Shown: positions 24,915-39,093, counted from the stretch's first letter. The stretch is 64,000 nt of DNA from Ancylonema sp. (GCA_050230475.1 JBFLGF010000197.1:1-64000); one strand, 5' to 3'. The notes: generated by a model not told the origin, from the letters alone. Numbers and translations: made by a program.

Positions 24915-26004
24915 GAGAAAACGCCTTCCAACAAGATTATGATGCATTACCCCATTTTGCAATACATCCCACAAACCTCCTGATGTCACGTCCACTGGCT
25001 TCAATATGTGCACCAGAGTGGAGTCTCGCTCGTTTTATGCAAAAAGATGGTAGAAAACAGAGGTCGTGAGGGGATCATTTTTCAAGCAGCCAAGGATGTA
25101 GGGATGCATGATGCAAGTCTCTTGAGTGCAACATGGTTTTTGGATGCTTGCTAGCGTAAGGTGATCTGCAATTAAAAAATAGCTGTCATCCACAATGTGT
25201 CCAAATTGGCTACATATGAAGAATATGTCGGCTATGTCTCCTTAATTTTTTCTTGTTAATGACTTGCTAGGGTGCACTCTTCAGCCAAATGTTTCAAAAA
25301 CATTTGTCATGGGTCATGGCATAGTCCTTCAACCTCGCTCCTCTTACAAGGATTGCGATTGGCCAAATGAAGATTGCCAATCTTGCATATGTGGCAAGGT
25401 GACAAGTCACCAATTTCCAGCCTTGCAGATTGAACAAGGATTCTACATCAAAAGAAACAATTAGTTGCACCAATCGTATTCGAGGACAGTTCATTTGAGT
25501 GGGAGTCCTCGCCCAAGGAATACCGCTCGACTTATTATAGCTGCATGGTTCCTGAAGCTACATAGTGCTCAATTGCTACATATATGAATATACATAGAAC
25601 TCCTTCTCCTACCATAAGCTGGTGCAAATGTACAACCTACATGGAACAATGTACACAGTATGTATAGCATGTGTGGTGTGTCTAACAAAGTAAACTCTAC
25701 AGAGGTGAATATTTTGCGAGGCAATAAACGCAATGCACCGCCCACGTATCAATCAATGGCGACCTTTGCTTGGACAATATTCCCCACATGAGCTTTTTCT
25801 TCTCTTCGGTGGGCCTTAATCAAGTCCCGTCCAAGCTCCAAATTGAGCAAATTGAAACAGAGTATGCCGCCCAACGCAATCGGAAACTCGACTCCTCTTG
25901 GAAAGCTTCGATAGTTGTAAATCAGCAATGGCGGAATTATCCCATGGGCCACAATCCGGGTACCAAAATATGTGATCCATAAGCACTTCCAATTAATCCA
26001 GTTG
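21371..26004. repeat. Segmental duplicate B (equals 27279-32301 minus 389 bp)
   Basis: Offset to copy C is 5908 before and 6297 after a deletion at 24180/24181. Confidence 0.95.
25749..26004 (-). pseudogene. TLC-domain gene, last-exon fragment (copy B)
   Basis: Matches 32046-32301. Confidence 0.75.
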
Positions 26005-26120
26005 CAGAGGAATTAGGAGCCATTTTTATATCGATAGCAAATGTGTTGCATCTATAAGAGCGAACAAGCCGGTACATTATGTTTATCGTTTCCTTTTTTG
26101 AAGAAGAATGAGGGACTCAC

Positions 26121-26390
26121 CGCGAAGGATCCCTTCAGCTTGGCCAGTCCATTCAGGTTCAATGAAAATTTGCTGGATACAATTGAATCTTCGCTGTCAT
26201 ATCCTGTTGTGATCTTCAGTGCTGGTTTGTGGAACTTATTGCCAGCGTTTGCACGCAAGGGTAAGACTTCGTCATCATAGGGAGCAGGAATGACGGGGAC
26301 AGCGACTATCAATGGCTGGATGTCTTGCCCACCGCTATTTGCAAGCACACCGTCAGCTCCTGAAATTTCCACTCCTGCATTTTCGGGCAT
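26121..26390 (-). CDS. Orphan first exon of an OEP37-like chloroplast outer envelope pore protein
   Basis: KPALKITTGYDSEDSIVSSKFSLNLNGLAKLKGSF resembles the recalled OEP37 N-terminal motif. ATG at 26390 and donor GCG|GTGAGT at 26121. The intron is cut at 26005. Confidence 0.6.
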
Positions 26391-27277
26391 AATTTAAACT
26401 AACCAGTTTCTCTATTGCGCGATTATTATTAAGCGCGATCAGCCAGGTATTGATGGCCGTGACGAAGTCAAGATTATGTGAAGTATCAGCTCGGCAACGA
26501 TATCGCATCTGCACCGCATTCTATGATTATCTTTAGATGCGTCATAGAGTGGGCTCTTGAAGAAATAAGTGCGGGGAACACAAATTTTCTCCTTCTAAAT
26601 GCGAGCACAAATGGACATGACGTAGGAAGGGTGCAACGGGTGAAATGTTGTGTTCGAGTCCTCGCTGCTTTGCTCGCGGTGCAGAGCGAAGCAACGAGCA
26701 GTGTGGATTCGCGGGCTCTGGCTTGATTTCTGTACATGCTGTATCGAAGGAGTCACATTCGATGTAGCGGGACCAGTCAATAGAAAGAATTCAAGTCAAC
26801 TCCTGTTGGAACAGTTCTTCATGCGGTCAACGCCACACAACCGGGGGCAGAAGGCACCCTGAGGAGCACCATGAGGAGCTGAATATGCAACCAATTTGTC
26901 AATGGAAATCCTTTCTCTAGGAGACCACAGACTGTTCTGAAGAAAACGTTCTCGTGCGCTCTTCATTTCTTTGCTGAGGCTTCGTCACCTCTTCCTATGT
27001 CAATCGAAATATTTGAGTCCTTCAATGTGAATAAGTATGCCCGTGAAACGCCGTGGACTGGCGATTGTAGCAGATGCAAATCGAAGGAAATGTGCGGTCA
27101 ACGGACTAGAACATGCTGCCCGACAGAAGCCCTGAGCGAAAATCCAGTAGATGTTATTACAAGTTCGTAGCAAGGGCCTTGAGTTGAAGCTGTAGCGTTG
27201 CTTTAGTGGGATAGTCTGGCACCGATGCTTCAATTCGTATAATCTCTAAAAACTAGTGCAGCTGCTGGGAGGTCACA

Positions 27278-30200
27278 CTGGTAACCAGAATGCTCTCTGC
27301 TATGGAGCTGAAAGGGAATGTCATCCACACACTAGCTGCTAGGAATCTTCACACCGCCAAGGTAAGCCAGCATCTTGCAGGGATACGAAAAAAATATCAA
27401 GTATCACCACTGTGATACTCAGTCACAGTGCTTTCTCTTGTTATTCCTGAAGAAGATGTCGTGGAACAGGACGTTCTGGGAAAAACGGAACTGGAGCTCA
27501 TCGAATTGCTGGATGTCAACTTAGATGATCTGAGGGAGGCACTCCACGCAATCAGCAAAAACGTGGCCCCAAAGTGTAGCAGTGTAAGAATCCGTCTCTG
27601 GTAGAGTGGACTGCAACGTGTCGGCAATTAGTCACGCGACATTGAGAAGTATCTATTCGAAATGATAACGAAGAAGCGGAATTGCTTGAGAGGACGGAAA
27701 TAAGTTGTGAGAGGTAAGCTCAAGAGTAGGAATGGTCTCCTTGTCTACGCAAATTCCACGCCGATGATGTGTCACGTACATGTCACAGATGATCATGTCA
27801 GCTAATAAAGAATCTCCATAGCCCTCAAAACTGCCATCCAGGCACCTGATTCACATGTCAATTATCAATTGCGTTGCAGGTGCTCGAGCTCCTCAATGAA
27901 AGAGTGGCTAGGAGCGCAGACCTCAATCATCTTCCAACGCAGCTTGACGCCCTAGATGAAGCCCTCTATGGTGGACTACCACTTGGCACTATCACGGAGC
28001 TTGTGGGCGCCGCAGGAGTTGGGAAAACGCAAGTGAGTATGACAATCTTCAAGGCTATGCAAACAAGTCCTTTTTGCTTCAGCATGCGTGACACTCTCCT
28101 GCTACCCTACGCAAATAGGCCAGGCTACCAGTTTTACTTTTCCTCATTACTGGGAAGTGTGTTGCATACTACTCAACTGTCTCGAACGGAAGAGGTCACA
28201 CAAGAGTCACAATGCAGAGTGTGCCTAAATACTTCTGTGTGTTACAAGTCCATGAAATCGGTCGAGAATTTGGCATATGGTCACTTCTCCAGATGCGTTT
28301 ATCTATCATTCGACATGTTTTTATAAAACAGCGATTTGCTTCTGTGTTCATAGCACATGAGTCTCCTCAGAGATTGCCATTTTTGGGTGTCATCGGCATC
28401 TTCTCTCGTGCAGTTCTGTTTCATGCTGTCTCTATTTGCGACGTTGCCGAAGACCCATGGAGGTTTGGATGGCACTGTGGTGTATATTGACACAGAGAAA
28501 AAGTTCAGCTCACTCAGGTACTTCGCCCTGTGTAGAGGGAGGAGACACCAGAATACTCGTCTGGTCACTCCACTTCCTTTCAGTTGCAAAGAAGAAGAAA
28601 AGAGAATATGAGGTCACAATGCACTCACACTCAACTGCGTGAGCATTGATTATCCAGGACTGAGTGTTCCAAAAGCTGAGTCTGAATGCAGATTTGTTGA
28701 GATCGCACAAACACGTTTCCCGGAAGAGTTCAATAGTATCAATCAGACAGCTATCCAAGAAGTGAGTTTATCAGAGCGAAATTATTCGGCGGCTGACTGA
28801 GAGTTCTCTGAGAACATCTGGCCCTTCAATCGTTGCTTCAGCTACCACATTGCTTATGCGTTAAAAATTGTCTTCGCTTTTATGGGAATACTTCATCAGT
28901 ATATCGTGAAGCTGAATTGCGCATCTCGTCGGTCGAGTCGCAGTTGACATCTCGAGTGATTGTGGTCACGCCGAACTCTGCTTCAGATCTCACAAAAAGG
29001 TACGCTGAAATGCGTTGTCCTACAACTCTTTTCTGCTCTCTGGGGTCCCTCTTCTTCTGCACAAAGCTCTTTTTAGAGACAATCATGACAGCTTCAGTGA
29101 TGTTCAGGGTTCAGTTGTCTAGACTTTGGATACCTGAATGTGTTCCCTGAATTGATTCGTACCTTTGGCGGTTTCTTGTGTGCTCCAAGACTGAACGCGC
29201 TGGAAGAGATCATCACTGAACGCCGTGTGCGACTGATTGTGGTGGACTCGATTGCTGCGCTGCTGCGGAGGTGTGCTCGCTTGCTGTCTTAAAACTTGTG
29301 TCTGAGGCTGCCTCGCCAACAGAGAGGAACGTTTGGAACCAGACTTTAGTTGTGGAACTTCTCAGAAGTTTCGAGAGCTATGTGTGTATCATCTACAGAA
29401 ATACATGTTTACGAACTTTGGGATACGTATGTGGGATGCAGTGAGACAGAGAGAGACAAAATGATTCAACACCACGAGCTCCTCGGACGTCAAGCAGCAG
29501 TTCTCAAGTGAAGCCCCCTCCATGACTATCCTCTACGCCGAATTCTCTTACTTTCTTTCGTTTTCACATTCCATAGGCAGACAAGAGCAAGCGATTACCG
29601 AATCGCTTGGAGTGCATGGGGCTAGGTGCATGCCACCACTGGTCCCAGTGCACCACATGTGACTGATAGAAGCGAAACGAAACTGTCAGTCCGTGCCACT
29701 GCTCACTCCACTGCTCACTGCCTGGTCCAGATACCTGGCTGAAAAATTTCGAGTCTCCGTGGTGGTAACCAATCAGGTGACCACCCGCATTGGAGGTCCC
29801 GCTGGGCAGCCCAACTTTGATTTCGGTATGTGCTCCCTCACTCACACGACTGGAAACAAGCAAAATACGATTTTTGGTTCTGTCACTGTCCTCTTCCTAC
29901 ATGAAGCTTATAAATATCTGCAGATGTATCTGCAAAGAGTGTATTGCTTTCCAACAAGCTATGTGAAGAGATGCGAACCGAAGTGGAGTGCACTCTGACA
30001 ATCTAAAATGACGTGTCGGTGATTGAACACACCACTTTTTGTGTACGATGTCACACGCACGCACTCCCGCCTGAAACCACTGGATTCCGGATTCTGGATT
30101 CTGGATTCTGGATTCTGGATTCTGGATTCTGGATTCCTCCAGATCCTCTGCTGACTGTACTCCACCAACCGTGATGCAGTGCCGAGTGCGAAAGACAGCG

Positions 30201-31211
30201 ATGGATTCCCAGTGGCAGATAACTCAGAGGCCTACCTGACAGCAGCTCTGGGTACAAAGTGGGCGCACTGTGTGAACATACGCCTCGTGCTGGAAACTCT
30301 TTCAGGTACCACCTGGTGTGGATGTGTGTCAGCGGACAGGTATTGACAGTGCTCTCCATTCGCGAACTGAATTCAGAGCTGGTCATGTGACTGCTGACTG
30401 CTGCGGCACTGACGGAATCTGATTCCGTCCAAATTCTGAGCTATTGTTTTCGATACCAGAGACGAGGGGGGCAAAAGTTACAGCGCCTCATCTCAGGCGA
30501 GGGCAAGTAATTTTTTTTTTTCAAAGTGTCCCCAGCCATACGTTATCCTGGCATGGGAAGGTGGACGATCATTTTGACAGAGGCGTGTTGGAACAGAACG
30601 TTCATTTCACAAAACAGATGATTGAATCCACTCGTTTTCAGGTCAACGATTCTTGAAAATTGCGAAATCTCCTATGGCAGCCGCCCTGGCTTTTCCGTAC
30701 GCCATCACGACAGCTGGCATACAGTTAACCTCCGATGAGGTGTACGATGCTGAGGGTGGCCTCACAGTCATTCGGAATGAAAGTGAGTGGGACCCCGACC
30801 CAAGGAAGGAAAATTAAGATGTGGCATGATTAGTAGATGGAGGTTGAGGAACGGCATCATTGAACTCATTCATGAACTCATTTATGACGTCATCGTGACA
30901 AATGCTCGCACCCTCTGGGCTTCGATTTCACGTTTCTGGGATATGAAAGGGCATCAAGAAAGATTGCATAGGATGTAGCACAGTACATATTTTTATCATT
31001 TACACTTTTCTTGTGTGGCAAAACATGTGCGCGAGGAGGTCATGTATGGGGGAAACGAGTGTGTGTTGATCGACTGTACCTCACACGGAGCTCCCCTCTT
31101 CCTAATGCATTTTAAATATAGACCACTAGCAGTACCACTTTCTTGTTTACACATGGCCATGAACCTGACCGGCAGTCGACTTTTTGTGCAGGTAACATGG
31201 CACCCTACTAA
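27278..31211 (+). CDS. RAD51B: RAD51 paralog B, complete copy C; exons 27278(CTG; first ATG 27290)-27361, 27470-27583, 27880-28032, 28414-28517, 28692-28761, 28944-28999, 29190-29270, 29442-29507, 29731-29825, 30180-30305, 30642-30782, 31192-31211
   Basis: Walker A GAAGVGKTQ, VVYIDTEKKFS, Walker B LIVVDSIAALLR, VVVTNQV, AALGTKWAHCVNIRL and KIAKSP. N-terminal AARNLHTAKDVL..TELELIELLD resembles plant RAD51B. All 12 exons are phase-consistent. Confidence 0.9.
30082..30136. repeat. 7-bp tandem repeat (GGATTCT)n in RAD51B intron 9 (also at 17603-17657)
   Basis: Directly visible. Confidence 0.95.
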
Positions 31212-32045
31212 GAGAAAACGCCTTCCAACAAGATTATGATGCATTACCCCATTTTGCAATACATCCCACAAACCTCCTGATGTCACGTCCACTGGCTTCA
31301 ATATGTGCACCAGAGTGGAGTCTCGCTCGTTTTATGCAAAAAGATGGTAGAAAACAGAGGTCGTGAGGGGATCATTTTTCAAGCAGCCAAGGATGTAGGG
31401 ATGCATGATGCAAGTCTCTTGAGTGCAACATGGTTTTTGGATGCTTGCTAGCGTAAGGTGATCTGCAATTAAAAAATAGCTGTCATCCACAATGTGTCCA
31501 AATTGGCTACATATGAAGAATATGTCGGCTATGTCTCCTTAATTTTTTCTTGTTAATGACTTGCTAGGGTGCACTCTTCAGCCAAATGTTTCAAAAACAT
31601 TTGTCATGGGTCATGGCATAGTCCTTCAACCTCGCTCCTCTTACAAGGATTGCGATTGGCCAAATGAAGATTGCCAATCTTGCATATGTGGCAAGGTGAC
31701 AAGTCACCAATTTCCAGCCTTGCAGATTGAACAAGGATTCTACATCAAAAGAAACAATTAGTTGCACCAATCGTATTCGAGGACAGTTCATTTGAGTGGG
31801 AGTCCTCGCCCAAGGAATACCGCTCGACTTATTATAGCTGCATGGTTCCTGAAGCTACATAGTGCTCAATTGCTACATATATGAATATACATAGAACTCC
31901 TTCTCCTACCATAAGCTGGTGCAAATGTACAACCTACATGGAACAATGTACACAGTATGTATAGCATGTGTGGTGTGTCTAACAAAGTAAACTCTACAGA
32001 GGTGAATATTTTGCGAGGCAATAAACGCAATGCACCGCCCACGTA

Positions 32046-34091
32046 TCAATCAATGGCGACCTTTGCTTGGACAATATTCCCCACATGAGCTTTTTCTTCT
32101 CTTCGGTGGGCCTTAATCAAGTCCCGTCCAAGCTCCAAATTGAGCAAATTGAAACAGAGTATGCCGCCCAACGCAATCGGAAACTCGACTCCTCTTGGAA
32201 AGCTTCGATAGTTGTAAATCAGCAATGGCGGAATTATCCCATGGGCCACAATCCGGGTACCAAAATATGTGATCCATAAGCACTTCCAATTAATCCAGTT
32301 GACCCAACCACATGAACTCACCCCCGCCAGAGAAAGCAACCTCCGGTGATGCAAGAAGATGGAATTGGTCTGCGGTACATTGAAACGATAAACTGTCATC
32401 ATTTTTTCATGTGGAGACTCAAGTACACGACCGACTAGAGTGCTTGCAAGTTGAAGAAAACGCAAAATCCACTCAAACTAACATCATGCACACCGTGTGT
32501 AGAATGTTAACACTTGTCTTGCTTGCTTGTCGATATGCTTGTCAAATAAGAAACGCCTGATCAATAATTCCAAAAATTGGTGACATAAGAGTGTTAAAAG
32601 GTAAAATGGTAAAAAGGTAGAAAGTTCATACTCACTTCGCACACAAGCGTGAGAATGAGATAATTTATCGTCACATCTCGATACAAAGCGATTGTGAAGC
32701 ACACGAGCAAAATGGCGTTGTGCGCCAGAATTGACGGAGCTTTAGGGTTGTACAGCCGCCTCCGTAGCGAGTCCCATAAGTCATACGCCAAATAGCCGCA
32801 AGATATGCTGACCACAGTGTATGCACGAGAAGAGTGGCCGCGATACATGCCCTTGCCCTTGCCAAACGTGCCAAAGTCAACCGCAAAGACTGCGAAGACT
32901 GAAGAGAAAGATCGGGAGGGGCGGTGAGGAAATATCATAAGTAGATTGAGGGATTCATGGGGGATTGTGTGAGGTGTGATTAGGCCATACGACATGTTTT
33001 CTGGTTTTGGAAGATGATCATCGAAGACCTGGGACTGGAGTTACCTCAGGTGGATTTTACCTTCCCTTAAATGATACAAACCTGACGCTACCAGACAGCG
33101 CACAACAACAAGATACTGCGAGTGTGCAACACTGAAGGTCGGTTGGAAGGTCGTTGTGGACTATGTGAAGGAGTATGAACATGTCACCAGTTGGGCTACA
33201 TATCTGTGTCCAAGTCCAAGGTCGAAATTTGCTATCATATCAAATAGGGAGAAAGAGGTGGAGAAGGAACACAAAAGGTATTGCGGAGCTCTACGAGATA
33301 GCTGATATTCAGATGTTGGATTGGAATTTCGGTTTCAATTCTGTCCTCCCAGTCAAAGTGAGGTAGATTGGTGACATCATACATCACATGTATGATGTCA
33401 AACATCATACATGATGGTTGACATGATACTGGTCAACCATCATGAAGACAGAATGATGTGGTTTGGAGGGTCTGTTGCGTCACTGGTTGCCATTATATAA
33501 ATAGGCCAGATTTATTGCGACCGTAATCTGTGGGGCGAAAATCTTAATTCCGCCAAAAACATACCAGTTAATACTATTTTGAGGGTGGGCCTGCCAACAC
33601 TGCTGCAATAATAAGCGCCGCTGACACAAAATTGCTGCTGCTTACTGCGGATCCTATTTCTCACCTCCAACAGCAGTAGTTAGGGAGTGGCAGTACGACA
33701 TCACGGTGTTGTGCCAAAGGTTTAATCTTCTGCCACTCAGAGCCTTGATTGCGGGAATAAACCGGACCGACATCGATTCAGAAATGAGGGAAACCATTCC
33801 AAATGCAGAGGCTGCCGCGCCCGCGCGCCACATTGCCCGTTTTCGAAAAAGCATAATTCCACACAGGCTAAGCCAGATGAGGAGAAAGAGGCTGGTTATG
33901 ACGTCCGTAGCGAAGAGCATCAGTGCATTGCTGCGTGGGGGTCGGGAAGGGTCCGCAGGATAAGTACTGGCGTCGTTACCTCGTGAGGAGTCCAATTCTT
34001 CATGAGATTCTGATACTGGATGACTGAAAGTGGGAGCAGCATGTGAGTCGATCGGATGACGAGCTGGCAAATTGGTTTCAGAAATGCCCAT
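32046..34091 (-). CDS. TLC (TRAM/LAG1/CLN8) domain membrane protein; exons 34091-33665, 32898-32636, 32369-32046
   Basis: Motifs WHNTVMSYCHS, SCGYLAYDLWD, ILAHN and LVCE|TNSIFLHHRRLL, plus several hydrophobic helices. Phases are consistent. Confidence 0.8.
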
Positions 34092-34781
34092 GTTGTTATT
34101 CAGGCTCAAGAACCAGTGCCCTACGGGTATCTCTTGAGCTAGTCGCTCCTACATTTATAAAAGTAAGAATGCATGGACACTTATGTTATTTCCATCGTTC
34201 AGTGTGTGGCGATAAGCAGCGAGCTGTCCTCTTGCTGTGCCTCCGGCGACTTCGGTCGCAGCTCGCTGGAGACGCGGCCCCATTTCCAACCAGACCAGAC
34301 CAACATAACTCCGCATGCACTCAAGGAGCTCACCCATTGGATGAGAGGCGGCTGAATACCAAGTTCTGAGGTTACCAGGGAGCCTACGTAGAATTATCGT
34401 TGCTGTTTACACAAACCGGAAATTATACGGAAGTTATGCGTAGAGAAGACGACTTCCTCGAATTCAGGGGCTTTCGACCAAGTCAACGGCGTCAAATGCG
34501 ACCATCCAACGGTACAGACGGTGGCTTCATTGAAGTACAGTACGGGCATCGTGTGACATTGCTTGAGCAGAGCTGAAAGACTGAAAGGCAGAACGAATTC
34601 AACATATTCCGGTTACCCGGTACCCAGAAGAGTTCCAGGCCGGAAATATCAGAAACCCCAAATCCTGACACGAGCAAATAACTTATTTTTTTTCCACTTC
34701 GAAATTCATGAGAGCCTGAATCTGATTGTAGTGGCATTCCCCGGGATAACCAGACCCGGACACGTGGGGGACGATTCCGGC

Positions 34782-35661
34782 ATGGCTTCCATGACATCCA
34801 TGGCTTGCGTTTCTTCAACCCTTAGCTTCGGAGCCCAGGTGTCGACAGCAGTGGTCGGGGCAAATCGAAGTGAGATTTCTGGCTTAACAAGTGCTTTCCA
34901 GACGCTAACGGCAACCGCTCCTACTCGTGTCGTCCCCAACTTCCTCGTCTGCCCTGAAGCGAGTAAGTAGTGAATTTCCTCTCCAGTTTATGACCCTTTT
35001 AAACCTCTCCCTAATATAATGTCGTTCTCAGTGTCTTCGTCGGGAAAAAGACGGCCATCATATAATAACATACTCTTCACTTTATTGGGATTATGTTAAG
35101 TATGAGATATACTAGGGGGAGTATAGTATTCTCATTATTACTATTGTTTCCATGTATGTATGTATATATCTATATCTGTAGTATTAGAAAGTTACAGTGT
35201 TGTGGAGTCTGAAGTGTGGCGAGGATGAAATCAGGTATTTATCGAGGTGTTATGATATGCGCTTCTTCTTCCTCAACACCACAGACCTTTGTCAGAATTT
35301 TGGTTAAAGGCCCTTATGCAGAGGGCCTGTGGGCATGTCGCATCTGTTTTGACATCTGTACCGAGTGCAGAATGAGGTACGTTTTTATGTGATATGATCG
35401 CTTAGCCATGTCTATTCTCCAATTGCAGAGAGAGTTTGCGATTTGACTGGCAAGAAGAGGAACAACGGTTATAAGGTGTCTTTCTCTAAGACTCGAGTGA
35501 AGCATTTACAACAAGCAAACTTGCAACACAAGAGAATCTGGTGGCCCCAAGGGAAGAGGTTTGTGCGCTTGAAGCTATCAACCAAGGCCCTTAAAACTTT
35601 GGAATGGAAATCTTTAGAAGCCATGGCCAAGGAGGCAGGCATTGACCTCGCAGACTATTGA
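34782..35661 (+). CDS. RPL28: Plastid 50S ribosomal protein L28 (nuclear-encoded); exons 34782-34962, 35429-35661
   Basis: MAS-type transit peptide, then [20 protein letters not shown]...[30 protein letters not shown]. Confidence 0.92.
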
Positions 35662-36713
35662 CCGGAGATGAGGACAAATTAGGCTATTTCGGTTGAGTAT
35701 AATGATTGAATGTAGAACATTCGCGGGTAAAAGTTGTAGTGATGAACATTTGCCACATAATATATCAATAGGTACTTTGCAGGGACGCCCTCTTGTTGCA
35801 CAAAAACATGGATCCAATGCTGAACTAATAACGATGAAGGATGTGTCGTATCCTCTATGCTTTTAATGTGTGACGCGGGCTCCCATTAGGACGAGGACGT
35901 CCACCAACTAACACTCACTAGCGATCACTTCTCATATGTCTATATCTATGGAACACTGGCCTCAGACGTCAACAATGTGCCTCACATCAGTAATGAGAAA
36001 AATGAGAAATCATTTTACATGTGCAAAGTGAATACACGCCGCTCATGTCCTTCAAAATAAGGGAAGCTTATTTTCACCTCACAAGACCTCTTTCACGCCC
36101 TATACTTCCAATCGCGCCTACACATGGGGCATTGTGGCGTTGGGCTTTGTGAATTCACCCACTTGTGGATGCAATGCAAATGGAAGGCATGGTTGCAGGC
36201 ACCCCAAACTGCAAAAAACGAAACAGCAGAAGGATCTTCGAAACGGACCACTGTTATTGCGTATCTTCGAAAGTTTTATAGAATTGTGCATGCGTTTAGC
36301 ATGCATACATTAATTACATGTGATACAATGTCTTCGGATGTCTATACGATGGACGATGTAAAATGTACATTGGTTATCGAGGTTTGGTCTCGCCAACTTA
36401 AGCCATGACTCCACGTCAATCACATTATCATGGCAAATGACAAGACATCTCATAAAGACATCATTCATTCAGGATTGACAACAAATGGTAAAAAATAATG
36501 ATCACTTGATGTCGTGCTCAAAAAGTGTGACTTCTCACTTAGGGGGCAGTCGTCCCCTGGAACTTTGCAATCTGGGCAACACCCATCGAAAGCTTGGCGG
36601 CAGATGCCACAACTTTCATCCGGAGCATCCCAAGTCCATGCCGCAATCGCATGCCAGCTGTCAGGCCACCACGAAGCAGGAGATGATGGGACGGACCCTC
36701 ACAGAGACCGCTC

Positions 36714-36731
36714 ATATATATACATATATAC

Positions 36732-36776
<45 letters not shown>

Positions 36777-36960
36777 TATATACATATATGTATATATCTA
36801 TATAGAAATATGTATATATATATATATATAGAAACATGTATATATGTATATCTATATATATATATATACATATATATGTATACATATATATATATATACA
36901 TATTTCTATACATATATATATATATATATATATATTTCTATATTTCTATATTTCTATATA

Positions 36961-36998
<38 letters not shown>

Positions 36999-37149
36999 CA
37001 TATATATGTATATATATATATAGAAATATGTATATATATATATATATATAGAAACATGTATATATATATATATATATTTCTATATTTCTACATATATATA
37101 TATATATATATAGAAATATACATATATGTATATATATATATATATAGAA

Positions 37150-37234
<85 letters not shown>

Positions 37235-37359
37235 TATATACATATATGTATATATCTATATAGAAATATGTATATATATATATAGAAACATGTATATATG
37301 TATATCTATATATATATATACATATATATGTATACATATATATATATATACATATTTCT

Positions 37360-37405
<46 letters not shown>

Positions 37406-37408
37406 CTA

Positions 37409-37448
<40 letters not shown>

Positions 37449-37477
37449 CATATATATGTATATATATATATATAGAA

Positions 37478-37527
<50 letters not shown>

Positions 37528-37615
37528 ACATGTATATATATATATATTTCTATATTTCTACATATATATATATATATATAGAAATATATATATATGTATA
37601 TATATATATATAGAA

Positions 37616-37697
<82 letters not shown>
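36714..37697. repeat. ~1 kb compound (TA)n microsatellite with AGAAA/TTTCT interruptions
   Basis: Directly visible. Confidence 0.97.
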
Positions 37698-37698
<1 letters not shown>

Positions 37699-39093
37699 CA
37701 TAATGATGCATAAGCCCGCAAGAAAATGGATTGTAGTTTTGAGAACACTAATACAAACCTATGGTAATGCACTCTTTGGAGTTTTATATCGCAAAGCACC
37801 ATTGAAAAAATAAGATTTTGCTGCATCCCACTTCGGCTACTCGGAAATGGTGTGCGAATCATACTATGTGAGCTGCCATGGTCTCATATGTATGCAACAA
37901 CATTCTAGGCTTCTTCTCTTCCCTGCCTTATGAGAACATACACGAGGTGCTTACTCTGTTCAAGTCACGTCAGGCGAGCACGTCCAGAGCTTTCAGTCAA
38001 GTCAACCATGTTTCCAGGTCTGTGAAAAGGCTGATGTGATTATCGGATAAGTAGACTTGAACAAGAATAGTGAATAAAAGTATCCCCCAGAAAAGTACAA
38101 ACGGTGCATTCAAATTCCAATCAATTGTATACTGCAGGTCCAAATTTGCCAGAAGAGACAGATGGATTCGATGTAAAAAATAAGCCTGCACTCGTTGATG
38201 ATTTGGCCACGAAGCAAGAACAGCTCATTCTCTTTTACAAATTTAGGCAATGGAAGGATACTCAAAACTTTGACTTTCATCCCGCCTGTAGGACCAGAAT
38301 GTCTGGCTGAATATACGAAACGTTTTACACCTCACGTCTCAGATGGAAGATGAGGTCCTCATATACAAGATAGCTCAACTGAATGGCTGGGCAATTATTT
38401 TCCTAGTGTATTTAGGAGGACGAATTCCGGAGAACAAATCAATCCTAGAATGCGTGGTTGATATCGATAAGTACGTTATCGCTACTGATTTTGTGAAGTT
38501 GTACTTTTAATAAAGTTATATACCAGCACTGCAACTCATGCGTAAAATGCAGGCGCTTCAGTGCTCCACATACTTATCATTTGCCAGCTCGTCATTGCGA
38601 CTGCCATACACGACCTCCGACTTGGTTATTGCATCATTTTCCTCCTCTGGAAGTCCCCCTACCGAGGTCAGACACGTGGGAATGCACGCCCGGTGATACC
38701 TGACAGAAATCGGGATAATCTGGCACAAGTACTCAGGCCATGCTATTGATACCTGGATCGGCAAGCCAGGTCCGCAAGCGGCGCAATCCAGTAAGCGGCG
38801 CAAGCAGCGAAATTGGTGCGCCTTCTTGTAAGGCTCCTGGGGCTGCGACAGCTGCTCGGGGGACGTCACACCGTCGGTGTGACAACGACGCCGGAAAAGA
38901 CAGTTATTCAACGAATTAACTCACAACCAGCGAACCAGCGAACATCTACCGCCAAAAACATCCCCGAAAATACCCCGAAAATGAAAATTAAACTTTATAA
39001 AGTATCAGAAACATATAAAACCAACCAGAAAACATATACAATTCTATATATTCTACTATATACAATTCTCATTTAACCCAAAAACCACATCGC

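Noticed and set aside
30143..30179. Apparent premature stop in RAD51B exon 10 if the AG at 30141-30142 is used
   Set aside because: The downstream acceptor at 30178-30179 gives an open, phase-correct exon.
33043..33135. Possible extra TLC exon
   Set aside because: Exons 1 and 2 already join in phase, and this segment introduces stops or a phase conflict.
36485..37862. Long YI-rich ORFs (also 63234-63995 and 8542-8929)
   Set aside because: They are translations of stop-free microsatellites, not genes.
37900..39080. Short ORFs at 38104-39076
   Set aside because: No recognisable motifs and no consistent exon chain.
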